DNA of 64,000 nt from a virus (Duplodnaviria; Caudoviricetes), in the IMG/VR virus record IMGVR_UViG_3300021255_000062, positions 1 to 64,000 of that record. One strand, given 5' to 3'. The notes below the pieces were generated by a model. That model worked only from the letters and a program-made list of their open reading frames with translations, searched no databases and was not told the DNA's origin. The first letter of the stretch is position 1. Each line of letters starts with the position of its first letter. A program made the translations under genes and the position numbers. Shown one piece after another: positions 38,777 through 47,687 of the stretch.

Positions 38777-38890
38777 TTTAATTTCCTCCTAAAATCATTT
38801 TTACATAATCCTTCTTATATAAGTAGTTTTCCCGCAAATACTCTACGTACATCGCGGCCGAGTCATAAAATTATCGAACAAATTGTAAAT

Positions 38891-38919
38891 TTGCAATTTT
38901 CTTAAAAATTTGATATAAT
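38891..38919 (+). promoter_or_regulatory. sigmaA-type promoter of replication block
   Basis: TTGCAA-17-TATAAT with TG. Confidence 0.75.
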
Positions 38920-38947
38920 TATAACAAAATAGAAAAGGAGAAAACCT

Positions 38948-39133
38948 ATGATACCAATAGCAACAGGGGATAAAATTAAAATTATACGAATGATAGGAGA
39001 ACCGCAATATTCTGAAAAAGAGGGAATAGTAACTAACATTGATTCAATGGACCGAATCCGTGGAACTTGGGGTGAATATGCGTTAATTCCAGGAATAGAT
39101 CAATTTGTAGTAATAGAAAAGAGGGAGGAATAG
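38948..39133 (+). CDS. DUF4314-like small SH3-type protein
   Basis: GDKI.IIRM.GEP....GIV..IDS......W....LIPG.D. Confidence 0.65.
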   Translation: MIPIATGDKIKIIRMIGEPQYSEKEGIVTNIDSMDRIRGTWGEYALIPGIDQFVVIEKREE

Positions 39134-39136
39134 ATA

Positions 39137-39340
39137 ATGACGGTACGGCCAAAATTCACATGGTCAGATGAGGTTGATGATTATATATATGATAGTGTCG
39201 ATATAAAATGCTCTGTTGAAGAAATTTTAATAATTAACAAAGCATTGTCTATAATTGCTAATTATAATGGGGCAAACCCATATGATAGAACGAAAGCTAG
39301 AGAATTAATGGAAGTAATAAAAAAAGGAGTGAGTGAATAA
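39137..39340 (+). CDS. hypothetical protein
   Basis: GGAGG RBS. Confidence 0.6.
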   Translation: MTVRPKFTWSDEVDDYIYDSVDIKCSVEEILIINKALSIIANYNGANPYDRTKARELMEVIKKGVSE

Positions 39341-39536
39341 AATGCTTAGAGATAGAGTTTCAAAAATTGAATTTCACATTACTTATAATCAATTAGAAGA
39401 TTTCATACTGCGGGCCGCAGAATTAATAAAAGACAACTATGAAATAGAGCAAATTGACGTAAACTCTATGAGTATTGGCTGTCTTACAGAGCCAGAACCA
39501 CCTTATCACATCACTTTTATAAAACGGAGTAAATAA
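39333..39536 (+). CDS. hypothetical protein
   Basis: AAAGGAG RBS, GTG start. Confidence 0.55.
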   Translation: MNKMLRDRVSKIEFHITYNQLEDFILRAAELIKDNYEIEQIDVNSMSIGCLTEPEPPYHITFIKRSK

Positions 39537-39728
39537 ATGATTACAATTACAATAGATAACTATAAAGGGAAAAAATATACTTGTACAATGCCAGATACCG
39601 CAACAATAGAAATAACATCAGAAAATGTTTTTCTAACAAATGGTGAGTTACTTAAAACTGGTCTTACTATTGACGCAAATTGCGCGGCTGGCATTAGATT
39701 AAAAAAAGAGGATATAATAAATGACTAA
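39537..39728 (+). CDS. hypothetical protein
   Basis: GGAG RBS; coupled to gyrB. Confidence 0.55.
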   Translation: MITITIDNYKGKKYTCTMPDTATIEITSENVFLTNGELLKTGLTIDANCAAGIRLKKEDIIND

Positions 39729-41577
39729 ATATGGAGCAGAAAGTGTTCAACAATTAAACTTCGTCGAAGCTTGTCGAAAACGTATCGGTATTTATCTTGG
39801 CTCCGCAGACCATACTGGAGTAATTGCGGGGCTTTTAGAGTTAGTAAATAATGCTACCGATGAGGCGTTGGTTTGTCCCACTGCAACAAAAATAGAAATA
39901 GAAATTGGTCCGGATTGGGCAAGTTGTCGTGATTATGGTCGTGGTATGCCGCATGGTCCAAATGATTTCTCCAATGAGGTAATGATAAATCTTCTAACTG
40001 AAAACCATTCTGGTGCAAAATTCGATGACAACGCATATGGTGGCAAGTCGCGTGGACTCAATGGAACCGGCAGCGCCGCAACATGCTGTTCGTCTGATTG
40101 GTTTAAAATATCAAGTTACCGTGATGGCGCCGAGTGGTATATGGAGTTTGAAAAAGGAATTCCTAAGTGGAATAGATGTCAGAAGAAACCTTTGAACGGC
40201 CGCGCGCAAGGTACGTATATCGTATACAAACCAAGTCAGGATGTTTTTAATGCTGAATCGATACATTTTGATTTTAATGAAATTTGTAGTATAATAGAAG
40301 AATATTCATATTTTAATAAAGGTGTTGAATTTATTGTTACTAATGCAGAAACTAAGGAGAAGAAGTCTTATATTAGTAATAATGGTCTTATGGATTTTGC
40401 CGACACGAAAGTGCCAAAACGAATTCATAAACACCCAATCCATATTCAAACTACCGAAGATGATATTGATATAGAAATTATACTCAATTGGACCACTGGC
40501 AGAGAAAAGTTTTATTTATTCTCTAATGGTGGCGAAAATGAAAATGGCGGCACTCCAATAACAGGTATTAAAACCGCATTAACCAACTTCTTTAAAAAGA
40601 AAGTTAAAAATTTGGGTTCTGGTGATGTAGTACGTGCAGGCCTGGTCTATATATGTTCGGTCAACCTTAAGAACCCAATATACGATGGCCAAACCAAAAA
40701 CAAAATTACAAATCCAGAACTTAGGGGTCTAGCGCAAAGATGTACAACTCAAATGCTTGAGGATTTTAATCGACGCTTTCCAAATGAGTTTGATCAAATA
40801 GTTGAATTGCTTACTAAAGAACTTAAAGCTGAGCGTGCCGCAGAACGAGCACGTAAACAAGTTCTTGAAGCATCAAAAGAAATTGAAAAAAATCAAAAGA
40901 AAAAAGTTTTTGCTTCTGACAAACTTAAAGATGCGGAATTTCTCGGACAAAATTCAACGCTTTTATTAGTTGAGGGTCTATCCGCCGCTTCTTCAATTGC
41001 TATGGCGCGAGACGAAAAGAAGTACGGTATTCTTGCACTTAGGGGAAAAATGATAAATTGTTTCTCTAATCCTGAAGAAAAAATTTATCAGAATGAAGAG
41101 GTCAAACTCTTTCTTAGTGCCATGAATATTGTGCCTGGCAAATACGATGCTAAAAAACTTCGCTATGGACGCGTGGGTATATGTACTGACGCCGATGCCG
41201 ATGGCTACTCGATAGGTTTACTTATAATGTGTGCTATTTATACCTTTGCACCACAATTCATCGAAGAAGGTCGCTTATATTGGCTGCGTTCACCACTATA
41301 CGTAGTCAAAAATAAAAAAAGTGAGTCCTACTACTTTACCGATGAAGAATTTAATAAGGCTAAGCCCAAGGGTGAAATCAACCGTGCCAAAGGATTAGGA
41401 GCTTTATCTGCAGACCAAGCGCGCCGCTCCATGTTTACAGAAGAGTTTCAGAGAATGGATCAGCTTCTTCCAGATGAAGACTCTTTGTATCTACTTTCAC
41501 AATTAATGGGAAAAGATAGTGAACCCAAAAGAAACTTTGTTTTTGAAAATGTGGATTTTTCGGAGATAAGAGAATAA
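39721..41577 (+). CDS. gyrB: type IIA topoisomerase (DNA gyrase) subunit B
   Basis: ELVNNATDE, DYGRGMP, GLNGTG GHKL motifs; EGLSA, LRGK, TDADADG TOPRIM, KGLG. Confidence 0.92.
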   Translation: MTKYGAESVQQLNFVEACRKRIGIYLGSADHTGVIAGLLELVNNATDEALVCPTATKIEIEIGPDWASCRDYGRGMPHGPNDFSNEVMINLLTENHSGAKFDDNAYGGKSRGLNGTGSAATCCSSDWFKISSYRDGAEWYMEFEKGIPKWNRCQKKPLNGRAQGTYIVYKPSQDVFNAESIHFDFNEICSIIEEYSYFNKGVEFIVTNAETKEKKSYISNNGLMDFADTKVPKRIHKHPIHIQTTEDDIDIEIILNWTTGREKFYLFSNGGENENGGTPITGIKTALTNFFKKKVKNLGSGDVVRAGLVYICSVNLKNPIYDGQTKNKITNPELRGLAQRCTTQMLEDFNRRFPNEFDQIVELLTKELKAERAAERARKQVLEASKEIEKNQKKKVFASDKLKDAEFLGQNSTLLLVEGLSAASSIAMARDEKKYGILALRGKMINCFSNPEEKIYQNEEVKLFLSAMNIVPGKYDAKKLRYGRVGICTDADADGYSIGLLIMCAIYTFAPQFIEEGRLYWLRSPLYVVKNKKSESYYFTDEEFNKAKPKGEINRAKGLGALSADQARRSMFTEEFQRMDQLLPDEDSLYLLSQLMGKDSEPKRNFVFENVDFSEIRE

Positions 41578-41579
41578 CA

Positions 41580-41849
41580 ATGAAAATTAAAAAAGATTGT
41601 AATAATTGTAAGTATTATTCAAAGTTAGGTAGATGCTTACATTCTGAAATATGTAGGCTTAAAACCCTTGAATACTGGGAACCGAAAGAACCATTTGATA
41701 GATATGATATTACTGGCATGATCATAGACCCATGCCCTTTAAAATCTTGGTGTCCAAACAAAACAGCTCCTTGCAGTATAATGCCACCTGACGAAGGGTG
41801 CTATTGGTATAGATATTTTAAAAATTTAATAGAGAATAAAGATTCTTAA
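41580..41849 (+). CDS. Cys-rich hypothetical protein
   Basis: CNNC...C...C and C...C...C...C; inserted between gyrB and gyrA. Confidence 0.6.
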   Translation: MKIKKDCNNCKYYSKLGRCLHSEICRLKTLEYWEPKEPFDRYDITGMIIDPCPLKSWCPNKTAPCSIMPPDEGCYWYRYFKNLIENKDS

Positions 41850-41852
41850 AAT

Positions 41853-41881
41853 TTTACTTTTCTTCAAAATTTTATTATAAT
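41853..41881 (+). promoter_or_regulatory. sigmaA-type promoter
   Basis: TTTACT-17-TATAAT. Confidence 0.55.
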
Positions 41882-41911
41882 ATAAATATAAAACGAAAGG
41901 AGAAAACTGAT

Positions 41912-42334
41912 ATGAATATTGTACAAGTAAAATTCGAAGGAACTCCGCATAAAACCTATGCCTTTAATACTGATCTTTATCTAATGAAAGATGGTATTTA
42001 TGAAATTATTGCAGATAATCGAACAAACTATGATAATAAGATTAAAGTAACAGGAATTTATCCAAATCAAAAGGATAATAGACTTAGAACTATTACTTCT
42101 GCAAAGCTTATTCAGGCACCCAAAAAACCTGAAAAGCTCTATAAAAAAATTATCGCCAACATTGATAAAGAAACAATTTGTGTTCTTTGGAGAGATGGAA
42201 CTAAGACGGTAATGAGACCCCAACCGGAAGATACCTTTGATTTAGAAAAAGGAGTTGCCATGTGTTTTATGAAGAGGTGGTATGATAATCGAGGATGTTT
42301 TAACGATGTCTTCAAAGATGTTGAGGTGGTATAA
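41912..42334 (+). CDS. hypothetical phage protein
   Basis: AAAGGAG RBS; T.VLW.DGTKTV.....D.FD.EKG.AMC motif. Confidence 0.7.
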   Translation: MNIVQVKFEGTPHKTYAFNTDLYLMKDGIYEIIADNRTNYDNKIKVTGIYPNQKDNRLRTITSAKLIQAPKKPEKLYKKIIANIDKETICVLWRDGTKTVMRPQPEDTFDLEKGVAMCFMKRWYDNRGCFNDVFKDVEVV

Positions 42335-44682
42335 TGTCCAATTTAACAGAAGTAATTAACGACAGTTTCATACAATTTAGTGGCGCGGTTCTTCAGAGTC
42401 GCGCCCTAGTAGACGTTAGAGACTGTATTAAGCCCTCCACACGTCAAGTATTATATTGTATGTATACTGATAAATTTATACATTCAAAACCTTTTCAAAA
42501 AACACTTAAAGCAATTGGTAGTGCTTTTCGCATCTATATTCATGGTGATTCTTCAGTAGAAGGAATTATAATGCGCGCGGGCCAACCTTTTGCTTATCGT
42601 TATCCATTAGTAGAAGTGGAGGGTTCATATGGAACACTTATTGAATCGGGAAGCTGGTCTGCCCCTCGATACACTGCAGCAAGACTTAGCCCACTCGCAG
42701 AGTATCTCTTCAAAGACCTTGCAAAAGATACTATTAACGAGTGGCGACTTAATTATGATGATACCGAAAAATATCCAGCAGTCCTTCCATCAAAAGGATT
42801 CTACAATCTCGTCAATGGGACTTTCGGACTCGGAGTGGGTGCAGCGAGTTCAATCCCACAGTACAATCTCAGAGAACTTAATAGAGCGTTACAACGATTA
42901 TTACTTAATCCCGATGCAGGGTTTGATGAAATATATTGTCCACCAGATTTTGCTACCGGAGGAATATTATTAAATGCTGACGAGGTAAAAGAGAGTCATA
43001 AAAAAGGAACTGGATTCGCTTGCAAGTTGCGCGCGGTTGTAGAATACGATAAAAAAGAGAAAGTTTTCACCGTTACGCAACTTCCTTTCATGCTGTATAC
43101 AAATACTATTTGTAAAGAATTGGAAGAAATTATCAATAGTGAGGAAAATCCAGGTGTTGAACGTTTTAATGACTTAACAGGAGAAAATGTAAATTTAAAA
43201 ATTTATCTATCTAAAAAAGCAAATCCTGATAAAGTGTTAAAGTATCTTTATAAGAATACCTCACTTCAAACTCATTATGGTATTAATTTTACTATATTAG
43301 AAGATGGACGTTTTCCCAAAGTATACGGATGGAGAGAGCTTCTTCAAGCCCATATCAACCACGAAAAAGAAATATATAGACGAGGATATGAGTTTGATCT
43401 TCGAAAAATTGAAAATCGTCTTCACATAATAGAAGGTCTTCTTAAGGTAATTGAAAATATTGATGAAGTAGTTCATTTAATTAAAACGTCTGAGTCGCCA
43501 GCTGTAGCAAAAAAACGATTAGCAGAAAAATATGAATTGGATGATGAGCAGACTAAAGCTATTCTTGATATGAAACTGTCAAGACTTGCTCACCTAGAGG
43601 TTGAAAAATTAATCACAGAGCAAGAAAAGTTGCATACTCAAAAAGCAATTATAGTTTCAATCTTATCAACTCCAGAATTATTCAATGAAGAATTAGTCAA
43701 GGGGTGGCAAGAAGTTGCCGACAAATTTGGGGACAATCGTAGAACTCAAATCCTCAATATTTTAAAAGATGAAGAAGAACCTACTGAAGAACAGGAGCTT
43801 CTTGTAAATTTATCTAATCAAAATAATATTTATGTTACAACAACTTCTACCTTATATACTCAGCGCCGAGGTGGTGTTGGTAATAAGTTTAAGATGAGTA
43901 AAGGTGAATATGTAATAGCTACTGCATCGGGAACTAATTTAGACACAATATTATTATTTTCTAATAATGGAAATTGCTTTCATCTTAAAGCTTCTGAGCT
44001 ACCCTTTGAAGAAGTAATTCCAATTGAAAGTCTAGTAGAAATTGGAGCAAATGAGTCTATTAAGCAACTTGTTTTCCTTAATAAAAAGAAACAAAAAGAA
44101 CATATCGTTTTCTTTACTAAAAATGGTATATTAAAGAAAAGTAAACTCTCCGACTACAATATTAAACGTAGAGGTGGAGTAAAAGCCTTAAATTTAGATA
44201 GTGATGACGAAATAATTTCAATTCTTTTTATGGATGAAGAACAAGTAGGTATGATGACTGCGCGCGGTCAGTTCGTAGTCTGTGAAACTAAAGACATACG
44301 TGCAATAGGACGTGTAGCTAGGGGAGTTAAAGGAATTACTTTAAATAAAGGCGACGAATTAGTAGCTGCTAAAGCGATTCCTCCTTCTACGAAAGAATAT
44401 CTTAGTGTAAGCGAAAAAGGATATATTAAGAGAACATCTGCCAAAGAATTTACTATTACGGGTAGAGGAACAAAAGGCGGAAAAATTCATGCTCTCAAAG
44501 ATGCTGATGATAAATTAATAAATTTTGTTCCTTTGACAAATGAAAGAGAAGTTATAGTTGTGTCTTCTCACTCTCAAATTAAGATTAACTTAAACGAAAT
44601 TAACCTTTTATCTAAAGGGGCGCAAGGTACAAAATCAATGAAACTTCAAAATTCCAAAATTATTGGTTTATTAGCATTTTAG
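42334..44682 (+). CDS. gyrA: DNA gyrase subunit A
   Basis: RAL.DVRD..KP, HGDSS, APRYT catalytic Tyr, PDFATGG, GyrA-box-like QRRGGVG, pinwheel repeats. Confidence 0.92.
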   Translation: MSNLTEVINDSFIQFSGAVLQSRALVDVRDCIKPSTRQVLYCMYTDKFIHSKPFQKTLKAIGSAFRIYIHGDSSVEGIIMRAGQPFAYRYPLVEVEGSYGTLIESGSWSAPRYTAARLSPLAEYLFKDLAKDTINEWRLNYDDTEKYPAVLPSKGFYNLVNGTFGLGVGAASSIPQYNLRELNRALQRLLLNPDAGFDEIYCPPDFATGGILLNADEVKESHKKGTGFACKLRAVVEYDKKEKVFTVTQLPFMLYTNTICKELEEIINSEENPGVERFNDLTGENVNLKIYLSKKANPDKVLKYLYKNTSLQTHYGINFTILEDGRFPKVYGWRELLQAHINHEKEIYRRGYEFDLRKIENRLHIIEGLLKVIENIDEVVHLIKTSESPAVAKKRLAEKYELDDEQTKAILDMKLSRLAHLEVEKLITEQEKLHTQKAIIVSILSTPELFNEELVKGWQEVADKFGDNRRTQILNILKDEEEPTEEQELLVNLSNQNNIYVTTTSTLYTQRRGGVGNKFKMSKGEYVIATASGTNLDTILLFSNNGNCFHLKASELPFEEVIPIESLVEIGANESIKQLVFLNKKKQKEHIVFFTKNGILKKSKLSDYNIKRRGGVKALNLDSDDEIISILFMDEEQVGMMTARGQFVVCETKDIRAIGRVARGVKGITLNKGDELVAAKAIPPSTKEYLSVSEKGYIKRTSAKEFTITGRGTKGGKIHALKDADDKLINFVPLTNEREVIVVSSHSQIKINLNEINLLSKGAQGTKSMKLQNSKIIGLLAF

Positions 44683-44695
44683 AGCAAGTGAAAAT

Positions 44696-44724
44696 TTGAA
44701 AATGTTTTCAAAATATAGTATAAT
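44696..44724 (+). promoter_or_regulatory. sigmaA-type promoter
   Basis: TTGAAA-17-TATAAT. Confidence 0.7.
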
Positions 44725-44802
44725 AATTATAGAAAGTTAAGGAAAGGCTTTCTAAGTATACAATATAACATCAATAAATTTAAAAAAAAGGAGAAAAGAA
44801 TT

Positions 44803-45048
44803 ATGAAACTTACAGAAAAATCAAATGAAGTATTCGAGTATGTGAAAGCAAATGGTGGCAAGGTATCTATCCCGGAGTTAGCTCAGGCGCTTGATAGAAC
44901 AGAGAGATCTGTAGGCGCAAATGTTACAGATTTAACGAAGAAGGGACTGGCAGAGAGAGAAAAGGTAGAAGTTGAGGGTGAAGATAAGCCCATTACTTAT
45001 GTAGTTCTGACAGATGAAGGTCATAACTTTGTTCCGACAGAGGAGTAA
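44803..45048 (+). CDS. small winged-helix DNA-binding protein
   Basis: SIPELAQALDRTERSVGANVTDLTKKGL...YVVLTDEG MarR-like wHTH pattern. Confidence 0.7.
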   Translation: MKLTEKSNEVFEYVKANGGKVSIPELAQALDRTERSVGANVTDLTKKGLAEREKVEVEGEDKPITYVVLTDEGHNFVPTEE

Positions 45049-45062
45049 GTAAACAAAAATAG

Positions 45063-45094
45063 AAGGTGGAGGAAAATATTATAACCTCCTCCTT
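45063..45094 (+). terminator. hairpin/possible attenuator after wHTH gene
   Basis: GAAGGTGGAGG...CCTCCTCCTTC inverted repeat. Confidence 0.5.
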
Positions 45095-45151
45095 CATTGT
45101 TTAGTTTAAATGAACATAGGATATAAAACAAACAAACAAAAGGGGAAAAAT

Positions 45152-46069
45152 ATGTTAAGACAAGCAGAAAACAAGGTTAAAATTGAAGGAACTTTAGCAG
45201 AAATTGATATTAGACCAGGTTCATTTAATAAGAACGGACAGATGATGGAATCTATTGGTGGTTCCATTATTGTAAAAGTGGTTCAGAAAATTAGTGGAGT
45301 AGAAAAAGAATTATCTATTCCTGTTCATATGTTTGCCTCTAAACTTACAAATAGAGGAACACCAAATCCAGCATATGAATCTATTAAAAAAATTGCAGAT
45401 GAATATGTAAGTATTGCAGCTTCTGAGAATGGAGAAGAAGGAGCAGATAGAATTCGTATTACAAGCGGTAACGTAAGAATGAATGAGTATTACAGTCAGG
45501 ATGGAAGATTAATTTCTTTTCCGAGGATTAATGCATCATTTGTTACTCGAATTAACAAGGCTGACTGTAAACCAGAAGCAACCTATACAGCAGAGTTTGT
45601 AGTAGCAAACAAAAGCGAAGAAGTCGATAGAAACGACGAGCCGACAGGAAGGTATAGAATTGATGCTATTCTTCCGCAGTATGGCGGTAGAGTAGATGTA
45701 ATTCCTATGTACGCTCAGAGCGCGGGTGTCATTGATGCAATTTCTACATATTGGAATATTGGTGATACTGTAAAAGCTAATGGTAGGCTTGATTTTTCTG
45801 CGACAACAGAAACAACTATTGAAGAAGTTGATTTTGGAGAACCGATTGAAAGAACTAGGACTATCAATAGGAGCGATTTAATTATTACTGGTGGTTCTCA
45901 GGAGCCGCTTGAAGGAGATTTTGCTTTTGATAGTGGTGAAATTCAGTCTGCATTAGCAGATAGAAAAAATAGACTTGAAGCCCAGAAGGATAGAGATATG
46001 TCAAAGGCTGCTTCTCGAAAAGCTCCCGCAAAAAACGTTAGTAATGGTTTTGCAGATTTAGGGTTTTAA
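45152..46069 (+). CDS. putative single-stranded DNA-binding protein (two OB folds; SPbeta YorF-like position)
   Basis: ENKVKIEGTL.E N-terminus; GDTVKANG; acidic/aromatic C-terminal FADLGF. Confidence 0.6.
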   Translation: MLRQAENKVKIEGTLAEIDIRPGSFNKNGQMMESIGGSIIVKVVQKISGVEKELSIPVHMFASKLTNRGTPNPAYESIKKIADEYVSIAASENGEEGADRIRITSGNVRMNEYYSQDGRLISFPRINASFVTRINKADCKPEATYTAEFVVANKSEEVDRNDEPTGRYRIDAILPQYGGRVDVIPMYAQSAGVIDAISTYWNIGDTVKANGRLDFSATTETTIEEVDFGEPIERTRTINRSDLIITGGSQEPLEGDFAFDSGEIQSALADRKNRLEAQKDRDMSKAASRKAPAKNVSNGFADLGF

Positions 46070-46085
46070 ACAAGGAGAATAACTT

Positions 46086-47060
46086 ATGGCTGGAATTGAT
46101 ATTCTTAATTTAGAGCCATCAGTTATTTCAAGAGATTTGCGTGGGAAGTTTGTTTGCCTTTATAGTTTACCTAAGGTAGGCAAGACTTCCCTTGCTTGCC
46201 AATTTCCTAAAAATTTACTTTTGGGATTTGAGCACGGTTGGAACGCAATCTCTGGAGCTATGGCTATTGACATAAAAAAATGGGCAGATTTTCGATTGGT
46301 TCTTCGACAGCTTGAAAAACCAGAAGCACAAGCAAAATATAATACGATTACCATTGATACTGTTGGAATTGCATGGGATTTGTGTGAACAATATATTTGC
46401 GCACAACACGCGGTCCAGTCCATTTCAGATATTCCTTGGGGTGGAGGATATGCAGCAGCAAAACGAGAATTTGAATCTTGTTTAAGAAAAATTACTCAGT
46501 TAGGTTATGGACTTGTTATCATCGCTCATGTAGAAAAAAGAATTGAAAAAAGGGCTGATGATTCAGAAGTAGAGATCCTCGGTCCCGCCATTCCAAAAAG
46601 AGCTTATGATATTGTAAATCAATTAGTGGATATTATAGGATATATTGATATTACATGGGATGAAGATGGTAATGCTGAACGTTGGCTTTATACAAGAAAA
46701 ACTCCTACAGTTATGGCGGGCAGTCGATTTAAATATCTTGCACCAAAGATTAAATTTGGTTATCAAGAATTAGTAGATGCTATTATAAAAGCTATTGAAA
46801 AAAGTGAACAAATAGATGGTGCTACGGTTGTAGATAAACAAGAGGTCGAAGTAGAAGAAGAACTTAATTTTGATGCTATCAGAGATGAAGCTTCTAAATT
46901 ATGGGCAAAACTTGTTAATGCTGATACGTCAAATGCAGAACGTATTCTGAAAAAAGTTGAAATGATTTTTGGTAGAAAAATTAAATTATCTGAAATTACT
47001 GAAGATCAAAAAGATTTATTTAATCTTGTTCTTCTTGAAATGAAAGATATGGCTCAATAA
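46086..47060 (+). CDS. AAA_24/Sak4-like ATPase (SPbeta YorG-like)
   Basis: YSLPKVGKTS Walker A, ITIDT Walker B, IIAH, DIIGY. Confidence 0.8.
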   Translation: MAGIDILNLEPSVISRDLRGKFVCLYSLPKVGKTSLACQFPKNLLLGFEHGWNAISGAMAIDIKKWADFRLVLRQLEKPEAQAKYNTITIDTVGIAWDLCEQYICAQHAVQSISDIPWGGGYAAAKREFESCLRKITQLGYGLVIIAHVEKRIEKRADDSEVEILGPAIPKRAYDIVNQLVDIIGYIDITWDEDGNAERWLYTRKTPTVMAGSRFKYLAPKIKFGYQELVDAIIKAIEKSEQIDGATVVDKQEVEVEEELNFDAIRDEASKLWAKLVNADTSNAERILKKVEMIFGRKIKLSEITEDQKDLFNLVLLEMKDMAQ

Positions 47061-47072
47061 AAATAAGGTAAA

Positions 47073-47103
47073 AAGGAGTAGGCAGGATCTGTCTACTCTT
47101 TTT
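47073..47103 (+). terminator. intrinsic terminator
   Basis: GGAGTAGGCAG-GAT-CTGTCTACTCT followed by T run. Confidence 0.75.
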
Positions 47104-47107
47104 AAAT

Positions 47108-47136
47108 TTGACTTTTTCTTATAATTATGATATAAT
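47108..47136 (+). promoter_or_regulatory. sigmaA-type promoter
   Basis: TTGACT-17-TATAAT with TG. Confidence 0.8.
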
Positions 47137-47165
47137 ATAATAAATAGGAAAGAAAGGAGTTTAAT

Positions 47166-47687
47166 ATGGCTAAATGTAGATTATGTGAAGCTATTATTGA
47201 TAAAGAAAAAGACGATTGGGTTATGCCAAGTAAAAATTATTATTATCATAGACAATGCTATAATAATTGGAAAAAAGCCCAACCAAAAAATGATGAAGGT
47301 TATATTGATTTAATTTATGACTTTATTGCAAGAGATTTGAAGGCATCTTATGATTGGCACATTTGTGAAGCCCAAAGAAAAAAATTTATAAAAGAAAATA
47401 AAATGACCAATAAGGGTATTTTATTTGCGTTGAAATATTTTTATGAAATTAAACATGGCAATTGGGAAAAGGGACATGGCGGAATTGGTATCGTTCCTTT
47501 TATATATAGTGATTCTTGTGCTTATTGGGCGGCAAGAGAAAGACAATCTGCTGGGACAATTGCAGTAATTGAGCGTCAAATGCGCGAAGCCGCAAATAGA
47601 AAAACGATTTCGATAAAAAAGAAAGAAACAAAATCAAAATATGAGATTGATTTTAGTGTGTTGGATGATTTGGAGGATGAAGAGTGA
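47166..47687 (+). CDS. Zn-finger replication protein (SPbeta YorH-like position)
   Basis: CRLC...HRQC; GIGIVPFIY; directly precedes helicase. Confidence 0.65.
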   Translation: MAKCRLCEAIIDKEKDDWVMPSKNYYYHRQCYNNWKKAQPKNDEGYIDLIYDFIARDLKASYDWHICEAQRKKFIKENKMTNKGILFALKYFYEIKHGNWEKGHGGIGIVPFIYSDSCAYWAARERQSAGTIAVIERQMREAANRKTISIKKKETKSKYEIDFSVLDDLEDEE

